NCBI GenBank assembly: GCA_048882325.1
Contig: JBHLRS010000001.1
Span: 64,001 to 128,000 of the forward strand
Direction: 5' to 3'
From: Candidatus Thorarchaeota archaeon
GTDB taxonomy: Archaea > Asgardarchaeota > Thorarchaeia > Thorarchaeales > Thorarchaeaceae
Length of the DNA: 64,000 nucleotides
The notes under the pieces are model-generated. The model did not search any database, had not been told where the DNA came from, and saw nothing but the letters and a program-made list of their open reading frames with translations. Each line of letters starts with the position of its first letter. Within the stretch, counting starts at the first letter, position 1. The position numbers and the translations under genes were made by a program. Below are positions 57,070 to 64,000 of this stretch, one piece after another.

Positions 57070-58788
57070 TTAATGGAAGATTTTCCTTCCTAGTCTAAGG
57101 AATGGTGTACCAATTGAAAGTACGACCGTTATTGGAATAAGATTAGCAAACTCTGAAACAGCATATCCAACAAGTAACCCTACAGCGAACCAGATGAGAA
57201 AGCTCGTTAGATCATTGACTACTATCCATGGAACATATGCCTGAAATATGGTTGGTACAAACAATCTTGCAACCCAGATGACGACTGGTGCAATTAATCC
57301 TGCAGCGAACATGATGAGCAGATTTATCCTAATACTCAGTACCAATGGTCCTGGAAATACTTTGTGTGAATTGAGATATCCCTTTTTGTCAGTTTTACGT
57401 TTCAGATTTGACATCTTAGCGTATTCTTCTTTACCATAGAAGCTCCTCGAATGTGCAGCGTTCCACATTCCGATAGAGTAAGCCCTGCCACCATGTTTCA
57501 ATCCTAGATTGATCACATCCAAGGAACGATACCAACCCATGAGGAATGATATTCTGCGACGTTCATCATCTGGGAACCATGTCAGAACTGCAACCTCTCC
57601 TCTGTCGGTTATTGCCCCTTCTAGGGCAAAATCCTCATCTTTGAAATGCTTGTTCATATGAGTGATATACTCATCAAGATTCTCTAGTGGAACGTATACC
57701 TCAGAAGGCGCTAGACTCGGTCCCAGTCTCTTAATCCGCATGGGATAGAACCGCTCACCCCATTCATGCTCTGCAACCTCCTTTGATTCAAGGGATCCAC
57801 TATACCGACTTACAATATGTTCAAGTTTTTCAATCTCGGTAGCTATTTCATCCTCGGTACCTTCGAAAGCGCACGAGATTACAAATTCACCAGTCGTTGG
57901 TGGAGCTTGATTCACCTCTCTTAGCATACCATAGAATTTGTCCGTTATGAAATGCAGATAGAAGGGTCTTGTAGCCTCAAGAATATCCTGAAGTGCTCCA
58001 ACCATTAGACTCTGGCTTCTAAAGGAGGATGTTGTTGGTCTGATGTTTCGAAGTGGAATGATTTTTAGGACGACTTTTGTGATCACACCAAGTGTACCAT
58101 TGCTGTCCAGAAAGAGCTGCGTTGAATCAGGATTATACATAAACTCGCCGACATCACCATAGAATGTATCTCCTCCACCAAAGTTCTTAGTTTCTTTTTC
58201 TATCATGAATTCCTCTTCGGACGTTTCCTTTGTTCGAATAACTCTACCATCTGGAAGTACTACTTCAAGGTCTACCACCTGTTCTGATATACCACCATAT
58301 TTTGTACTTCCGATTCCAGATCCGCCTGCTGCAACCCAACCTCCAACCGTGCTTGATGGAGCGCTGGAAGGATAAGCGGCTACGGTGACACCCTCATCCT
58401 CTAGCTCTTCAATCAGTTTTCCCCAGATTATTCCAGCACCTACCTCAATTGTCATTGTCTGTTTGTCAATGTTCAGGATCTGATTCATTCTGGTCATTTC
58501 AACAACAAGTCCACCTCTTGTAGGAAGTGCGCCCCCATATCCACTTGTCCCATGACCTCTGGGAACCACAGGGATATTATTCTCTTTGCAATAAACCAAC
58601 AGATTCGACACAACTTCAGTTGTTGTTGGTTGAGCTACGGCTTCCGCGTGCGGATTTAATACATCATTGACAATTCCAGGCAGTGCTGCAATATCACTTG
58701 AGTAAAGTTTGGTCATGTATTTCTCAGCTGAGAAATAGTCTTCACCTACGATGTCAGCCAAATTCTGAATGTGTTTCTTCCCAATCAT
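57070..58788 (-). CDS. FAD-binding oxidoreductase with C-terminal TM helices
   Basis: PRGHGTSGYGG, YPSSAPSSTVGGW, GTLGVITK, ERFYPMRIKRLGPS; hydrophobic C-terminus. Confidence 0.88.
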   Translation of the reverse strand: MIGKKHIQNLADIVGEDYFSAEKYMTKLYSSDIAALPGIVNDVLNPHAEAVAQPTTTEVVSNLLVYCKENNIPVVPRGHGTSGYGGALPTRGGLVVEMTRMNQILNIDKQTMTIEVGAGIIWGKLIEELEDEGVTVAAYPSSAPSSTVGGWVAAGGSGIGSTKYGGISEQVVDLEVVLPDGRVIRTKETSEEEFMIEKETKNFGGGDTFYGDVGEFMYNPDSTQLFLDSNGTLGVITKVVLKIIPLRNIRPTTSSFRSQSLMVGALQDILEATRPFYLHFITDKFYGMLREVNQAPPTTGEFVISCAFEGTEDEIATEIEKLEHIVSRYSGSLESKEVAEHEWGERFYPMRIKRLGPSLAPSEVYVPLENLDEYITHMNKHFKDEDFALEGAITDRGEVAVLTWFPDDERRRISFLMGWYRSLDVINLGLKHGGRAYSIGMWNAAHSRSFYGKEEYAKMSNLKRKTDKKGYLNSHKVFPGPLVLSIRINLLIMFAAGLIAPVVIWVARLFVPTIFQAYVPWIVVNDLTSFLIWFAVGLLVGYAVSEFANLIPITVVLSIGTPFLRLGRKIFH

Positions 58789-58799
58789 TCTAGCACCAC

Positions 58800-59978
58800 C
58801 TAGAGACCCAACGCCTCCACCACAATCTGAGACAGGTCTTTGAACTTGATCTTAGATTCGCGGTTTTCAATTCCATCATTAAGAGACATTGTACATGATG
58901 GACATTCACTCGCCAATATAGTCGCACCCGTCTTTTCAGCCTCCTCAATCCGTCTTGCTGAAACTCTAACTGACGCTACTGGATATGTTCCTTTGAGTAA
59001 TCCGCCACCACCACAACATCTAGCTTTGTTCCGATTGTGTTTCATCTCTTTCAATGTAAGGCCCGGAATTGCACTAAGAAGCTCGCGAGCTGGATTGTAG
59101 ATATTCTGATGTCTTCCCAATTCACAAGGATCGTGCCACACCACTTCATGTGGGTACTCTTTATCGAACTTGATCTTTCCTTCTTTCAGTAGCCTAAGTG
59201 CGAACTCAGAAAATGGAAGGAATTCGAGACCTTCAACCACCTCTTTCCCGAGGAGATGTGGATATTCTTCAGCAAATGCTCGATGACAGCCTGGACAATT
59301 GAATACAACTGTCTTGACACCGAGATTCTTTAGAGCTTTAATGTTGTGCATGGCCAGTTCTTTTCCTTTGTCAAAACCACCTGCAACGAAGTAAGGATTT
59401 CCACAACAGAATTCATCATCTCCTAGAATTGTGAAATCCACTCCTGCAGCATCCATTACCCTTATGGTGTTCTCACCCATGTGGGCAAGAGTACCTTTGA
59501 ATGAAATGTTACATCCTGCGAAATAAGCAACCTCTGCTTCAATACCAATCCTATCTTCCACGAGATCATCAACCATATCTGTCCAGAGGGTCCTGTCAGC
59601 TTGGTCCATCTCCATAATGTTCTGAGTCTGCTGTAGCGAATCATCAATGTAATTGACAATCTCTGGCCATTGATTTAGATTACCTATCTCTTGTCTTGTT
59701 AGTTGCCAAAATCTTAGGAGAGGAATGTTTGTCTGACAAATCTCTTGACAGGCTCCACATAGTGTACAATAGAAGATCCTCTGAGCGAAGTCGGGTGGAA
59801 TCGGTTTGTTTTCTTTGATAAGGGTTCTAAGTTGCTGTAACTTTCCTCTAGGTGATTGCGAGTCCCAAAGTGTGTCCAAATATGCTGGACAAACGAATGT
59901 ACAGAATCCACACTTTGCACACACTGTTGGCTCTATGTCGAGTCCTTCAAGTTTGTGAGGTTCGTATGGTTTTGTCAT
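58800..59978 (-). CDS. Fe-S oxidoreductase, HdrD/GlpC/GlcF-like
   Basis: CAKCGFCTFVCP, CTLCGACQEIC, CCGNP, CPGC, HDPCELGR, CCGGGG, CPSC. Confidence 0.9.
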   Translation of the reverse strand: MTKPYEPHKLEGLDIEPTVCAKCGFCTFVCPAYLDTLWDSQSPRGKLQQLRTLIKENKPIPPDFAQRIFYCTLCGACQEICQTNIPLLRFWQLTRQEIGNLNQWPEIVNYIDDSLQQTQNIMEMDQADRTLWTDMVDDLVEDRIGIEAEVAYFAGCNISFKGTLAHMGENTIRVMDAAGVDFTILGDDEFCCGNPYFVAGGFDKGKELAMHNIKALKNLGVKTVVFNCPGCHRAFAEEYPHLLGKEVVEGLEFLPFSEFALRLLKEGKIKFDKEYPHEVVWHDPCELGRHQNIYNPARELLSAIPGLTLKEMKHNRNKARCCGGGGLLKGTYPVASVRVSARRIEEAEKTGATILASECPSCTMSLNDGIENRESKIKFKDLSQIVVEALGL

Positions 59979-59993
59979 TACTGAATCTCCTTA

Positions 59994-60494
59994 TCACGGC
60001 CATGGTATTCCGATCCAGTCTAGGATTGGTTTTAGGATTGAGGTATCATAGACAAATATACCTCCTAATGCTCCCATGATCATCATCAAGACCCCACCAA
60101 AGATTACTAGAATCGCGTAGGGGAAATAGGTGGACGCCTTAACCCACACTCTGTCTCCAAGCCTTGCGCGAACAATAATCAGATAGACATAGATCTCCAT
60201 AGATACTACCGACCAGAGAATCTTGAACCGCATTATTGATGATTCAACCAAGTCGAGGAATGTGTACTCGTCCATGAAACCTGTTAATGCCCCAGCGAAC
60301 AGTCCTAGAAGACCGATGATACCCCCTACATATATGAATACATCAAATTGATGAAATATCTTCGATAATCTAGTCCCTGGTGTGTTTATGTTGTCCCTAA
60401 AGAGTATACGAAGTAAGAGATTTACCAAAGCCACAGCAGCTGTGGCAGTCAAAATTCCAGTATGAAAGTGTACGAAAACAGGATGAATCGCCAT
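59994..60494 (-). CDS. DUF2231-like 4-TM membrane protein
   Basis: N-terminal IHPVFVHF, ALTG, GALGG..VY. Confidence 0.65.
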   Translation of the reverse strand: MAIHPVFVHFHTGILTATAAVALVNLLLRILFRDNINTPGTRLSKIFHQFDVFIYVGGIIGLLGLFAGALTGFMDEYTFLDLVESSIMRFKILWSVVSMEIYVYLIIVRARLGDRVWVKASTYFPYAILVIFGGVLMMIMGALGGIFVYDTSILKPILDWIGIPWP

Positions 60495-60507
60495 TCATAT
60501 CACCTCT

Positions 60508-61086
60508 TCATTGACCTCTCCTGAATGCTAGGTATCCAAAGATTATCAGCAGCACTCCGGTGACAATAGGAACCCCAATCATCATCATTCTCCAAATTTC
60601 CACTCGATCCAATGGTGGGGGAGTTGTTGGCAAAGTACCAGGTTCGCCTGTTACATTGACTGCAACATCAAATGAATCTGAAAGAGCTCCTGCTGCTGCG
60701 GTCCAGATTCGAATTGTATAGGTGCCATTGGTAAATGGTGTAAAAGTTATCGCTACTGATATTTCTCCAGCAGCTCCATTAGTGTCATTTGTTGATCCGT
60801 CTTGGACTAGAGGTTCAGAAACCATGAAATAATCATTGTCAGCCCATCCACTCTTGATTGCGATATATTCAGCTCCATTTCCTGCTTCTATCTGAAGTGT
60901 AAAGGAGTCTCCAGTTTCCGCATCAACTGTGGAGTTTGTTGTAACTGTGAGTGTACCTGTGTTTGTATGACAATTTCCACACTCACTTGTGTAATCAGAA
61001 TTTGCCACAACTGAATTTGCTGCAGCAATAACCAAAACAAGAAAGCTCATGACTACAATGAGCTTCGTAGCGTGGTTCCGTTTCAT
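60508..61086 (-). CDS. Membrane-anchored monoheme c-type cytochrome with beta-sandwich domain
   Basis: Signal peptide, CGNCH shortly after the predicted cleavage site, beta-rich body, P/T linker, C-terminal TM plus RR; ccm genes nearby. Confidence 0.7.
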   Translation of the reverse strand: MKRNHATKLIVVMSFLVLVIAAANSVVANSDYTSECGNCHTNTGTLTVTTNSTVDAETGDSFTLQIEAGNGAEYIAIKSGWADNDYFMVSEPLVQDGSTNDTNGAAGEISVAITFTPFTNGTYTIRIWTAAAGALSDSFDVAVNVTGEPGTLPTTPPPLDRVEIWRMMMIGVPIVTGVLLIIFGYLAFRRGQ

Positions 61087-61282
61087 ATATTCGTCACCTA
61101 GACTTGGTTACATATTGCATCTATAGAACGATTCAAGGCATTATCCAAGTTTCGATTTTGAACATAAATCCCGTATAAGAGCATATTGGTAAACCATGTT
61201 AATAGTAATATTGCACACAATGGTGCATGTCAATTTTCTATAGTGCAACACAGTTTTGTAAGCTCATCAATCACTTCAATGT

Positions 61283-63004
61283 TTACCTACGAAAAATCTT
61301 GCTTAGAATTCTTAGTAGAGGAATACCTATTGAGAGTGACAGATTAAGTGACATTAGTCTAATGACAAATATACCAAAAAGACCAGCTCCCAATGATAGC
61401 CACACCAGTAATGGAATAGGACTTAATCCAACCAGACTCGATCCCAACAGTTGTGACAACCACTCCCAACCAATAAAATCCGGTCCAATCAGACCTGCAA
61501 ATAGCACAACAAAGAATCCAAGCAGAAATCCGAATACCATCGATGCACGACCAACCGTAACTCTTCCACCAAACACCTTCACAGGATTCATGAGATTGTC
61601 AGGGTCTAACCTCTTCTTCATAATCTTCAGGTCTTGATAGTTTTTACTACCATAGTACTTTTCCGCATGTCGCGAGTTCCAAAGACCAACAGCATATGGG
61701 AGACCGCCAAATCTCTCAGCTAAAGCTGCTATCCGAAAAGACCTGTACCACCCAATTGTGAATGAAAAACTCTTTCGCTCATCATCTAGTATCCAGACCA
61801 TGAAGGAGCTAGAATGATCATTGCTTATAGTTCCCTCAATTGCTACCTTGGATCTTCTTAATTCATCTTTAGTCTTCTCAAGTATTTCTGGAAGCTTGTT
61901 CAGTGGAGCAAGCATCTCAGCTGGTACAAGACTTGGTCCATGACGTTTAATTCTTAGTGGATAAAGTCGTTCATCCCAATAGAACCATGCTCTATCATCA
62001 TCTAACTTTATCCCGCCTTCTTTCTTTGTAATGTCTTCAATCTGCTCTATGTTCTCTTCATTTTGATAAATCGTATCGAGAAGTGCGCCTGTCAGAACAT
62101 AACTCCCTTGTTCCAATTCAAAACCATCAAGAGCTCTTAATTTTGCTGTGTAGTTGTCTGCAAGAAACCTCAGAAAGTACGGTTGAGTTTCTGAGATAAT
62201 CTTCGTGGCAGCGGTAATCAGTTCCCTCATCGATTCGAAAGAACATGCAAAGGGAACAAGCTGCAAATTAGGTATGGTCTTGAGTGTCACTTTGGTGATT
62301 ATTCCAAGCGTTCCATACGTCCCTGTAATAAGCTTTGACTCTTGTTCGGGAGTCCCTAAACCTGCATCAGTCAGTTCCTGACTAAGCCACTTGTTTCCCT
62401 TTTCCACCTCTTCTTGAAGATTATCAGTCTGAGGGTCTAACAAGACTTTTCCAAGTCTTACAACCTTGCCATTTGGAAGGACTGCCTCAATCCCTAGAAC
62501 CTGCTTTAGGATTTCCCCGTATCGTGTTGAACCAATACCAAGACCCCCACTTGCAACAAAACCTCCGACGGTGGCAGCAGTCGCACTTGAGGGATAAACT
62601 GGAAGAGTGAATCCCAGACGCTCAAGAAATTCAAGAAGGTTTCTCCAAGTAATTCCAGATTCCACTGTAATCGCTTGTTCAAATTCGTTGAAGTAGAGTA
62701 TATTCGACATACTCGACATATCAACACACAGCCCCCCTCTTGTCGGGATTGATCCGCCCCAGCCAGATGTTCCATTACCCCGGGGAACAATTGGTATTTT
62801 GTAATCAAGAGCATACCAGATTAATTTCTGAATCGAAAGGACATCAACGGGCTGTGTTACAACATCGAATCTTGGACTAACTATCTGATACGCAATACCT
62901 GGGAGACTTGTGACATCTTTCGAATAGAGTGTACGAGTCTCATATGTTGTTGAAACATTATCAGCTCCTACAATGTCTCCAATACGCATTTCATCTATCC
63001 TCAT
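61283..63004 (-). CDS. FAD-binding oxidoreductase with C-terminal TM helices (paralog of 57070..58788)
   Basis: PRGNGTSGWGG, YPSSATAATVGGF, GTYGTLGIITK, ERLYPLRIKRHGPS, LDPDNLMNP. Confidence 0.88.
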   Translation of the reverse strand: MRIDEMRIGDIVGADNVSTTYETRTLYSKDVTSLPGIAYQIVSPRFDVVTQPVDVLSIQKLIWYALDYKIPIVPRGNGTSGWGGSIPTRGGLCVDMSSMSNILYFNEFEQAITVESGITWRNLLEFLERLGFTLPVYPSSATAATVGGFVASGGLGIGSTRYGEILKQVLGIEAVLPNGKVVRLGKVLLDPQTDNLQEEVEKGNKWLSQELTDAGLGTPEQESKLITGTYGTLGIITKVTLKTIPNLQLVPFACSFESMRELITAATKIISETQPYFLRFLADNYTAKLRALDGFELEQGSYVLTGALLDTIYQNEENIEQIEDITKKEGGIKLDDDRAWFYWDERLYPLRIKRHGPSLVPAEMLAPLNKLPEILEKTKDELRRSKVAIEGTISNDHSSSFMVWILDDERKSFSFTIGWYRSFRIAALAERFGGLPYAVGLWNSRHAEKYYGSKNYQDLKIMKKRLDPDNLMNPVKVFGGRVTVGRASMVFGFLLGFFVVLFAGLIGPDFIGWEWLSQLLGSSLVGLSPIPLLVWLSLGAGLFGIFVIRLMSLNLSLSIGIPLLRILSKIFRR

Positions 63005-63999
63005 GAATCCCTATCCCCTCCTGCATTCTTTGGTAACAAGGATTCTGAAACAATCTGTGAGATGTCTTGTACTGTCGTTTGATAACCTGTAGTAAACATT
63101 GCAAGATTAAACGCAAGGATGCACCGTGGGCATTCCGTGATTATTCTTGATGCTGGTGTTACTGTTGCGTCTCTCAGGCGCATTTCTGCTATTCTTGATG
63201 ATAGAACGGGATCTACAACATCAAGCAGTCCATGAGACCCACAACATCGTGTACTCTGCCGGGACGGAGTCATCTCAACATTATATACGCCAGGAATTTT
63301 CTCTATGATTTCCCTAGGTTCTTCAGTTGCTTTCAGTACTCTTGCGGAGATACAGGGATCATGATAGGTCACTGTCACCATGGGTTGTTCTTCGAAATTG
63401 AGTCGTCCCTCTCGAACTAAGCGGCTGATGAACTGAGAAGCTGTCAATAGTTCAAGATTGCTCTCTTCCTTCAGTAACTTGCTATATTCTGACCAAGTCT
63501 GAATACATGATGGACAACTAAAGACAACTGTTTCCACTCCAAGACTATGAATCAGCTCCAAGTTTTTGGTAGCCATTTCATTAATTCCTTCGAAGTTCCC
63601 TGCCCAACCTAAGGGTGCTCCGCAACAGATCTCTTTGTCCCCGAGAAGTGTATAATCGACTTCCGCATATTCCATTATTTTAATCATAGATTTAGCAACA
63701 TCATGGAGCTGAGATTTGAGAGAAACATTACAACCTAGAAAATATGCTACTTTGGCTTGTTTCAAGACTCGATGACTAACTGTATCCTCAATCTCCTCCA
63801 TCCAGAGAAGTCGGTCAGCTGAACCCATCCACATGATGTCTCCTCTGGATTTTACTGATTCCAATACAAACCTCGCAGGTCGGGGCAATAACCCTCGCTC
63901 TCGAGCTTCAGCACGAGCAACCTCCCAGAATCTATCAAGACTGATACCTGTTGTGCAGACTGATGTGCAATGTTCACACAGGTTACAAAGGAAGATTTT
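63001..63999 (-). CDS. Fe-S oxidoreductase, HdrD/GlpC/GlcF-like (5'-partial)
   Basis: Frame open to the window edge: KIFLCNLCEHCTSVC; CCGAP, CPSC, YHDPC, CCGSHG, CPRC. Confidence 0.88.
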   Translation of the reverse strand, partial: KIFLCNLCEHCTSVCTTGISLDRFWEVARAEARERGLLPRPARFVLESVKSRGDIMWMGSADRLLWMEEIEDTVSHRVLKQAKVAYFLGCNVSLKSQLHDVAKSMIKIMEYAEVDYTLLGDKEICCGAPLGWAGNFEGINEMATKNLELIHSLGVETVVFSCPSCIQTWSEYSKLLKEESNLELLTASQFISRLVREGRLNFEEQPMVTVTYHDPCISARVLKATEEPREIIEKIPGVYNVEMTPSRQSTRCCGSHGLLDVVDPVLSSRIAEMRLRDATVTPASRIITECPRCILAFNLAMFTTGYQTTVQDISQIVSESLLPKNAGGDRDS

Positions 64000-64000
64000 A

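Noticed and set aside
61212-61227. TGCAC-N6-GTGCA palindrome upstream of the cytochrome c gene
   Set aside because: Only 5-bp arms and a single occurrence; compatible with chance
349-63420. Numerous 60-175 aa ORFs antisense to or out of frame within larger genes
   Set aside because: They are shadows of well-supported genes and show no motifs
53788-63999. Selenocysteine in the Hdr-like Fe-S proteins
   Set aside because: The frames are uninterrupted and the motif positions are ordinary Cys
1-64000. CRISPR array, rRNA, tRNA, transposase or integrase
   Set aside because: No regularly spaced repeats, cloverleaf with a TTCGA arm in intergenic space, or DDE/tyrosine recombinase motifs were seen by eye; the intergenic gaps are too short for rRNA

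Overview
Gene-dense archaeal chromosomal segment. It is most likely from an Asgard archaeon, probably Thorarchaeia-like. That assignment is an inference from a Rab-like GTPase, longin-like domains, SNAP-like solenoids, archaeal-type GlyRS and CoaD, and GAGGTG/GGAG Shine-Dalgarno (SD) motifs. I found no rRNA, tRNA, CRISPR array or transposase. Housekeeping genes include alaX, class II HMG-CoA reductase, glyS, coaD, ferritin, mutL, mutS, rpe and transaldolase/fsa. Four regions stand out. (1) At 29.2-35.2 kb an apparent operon encodes a wHTH protein, a Rab-like GTPase, a Zn-ribbon protein, a longin-like protein, a ~15-TM protein that looks like two tandem 7TM units, and a second longin-like protein. 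It faces a paralogous wHTH-multi-PAS sensor. (2) At 51-64 kb a co-oriented redox cluster holds three FAD oxidoreductase/CCG Fe-S pairs lacking the GlcD/LDH catalytic motifs, two putative heme-b membrane proteins, a membrane-anchored monoheme beta-rich c-type cytochrome, and ccmABCDE with a CxxxY-type CcmE. (3) Two paralogous ~2000-aa Trp/Tyr-rich surface glycoproteins. (4) A convergent pair of SNAP-like alpha-solenoid genes. Smaller signals include probable non-canonical start codons (CTG, ACG), recurring hairpin plus T-tract terminators, tandem palindromes in the ferritin leader and a candidate sRNA. All functional calls come from motif recognition by eye; no searches were run.
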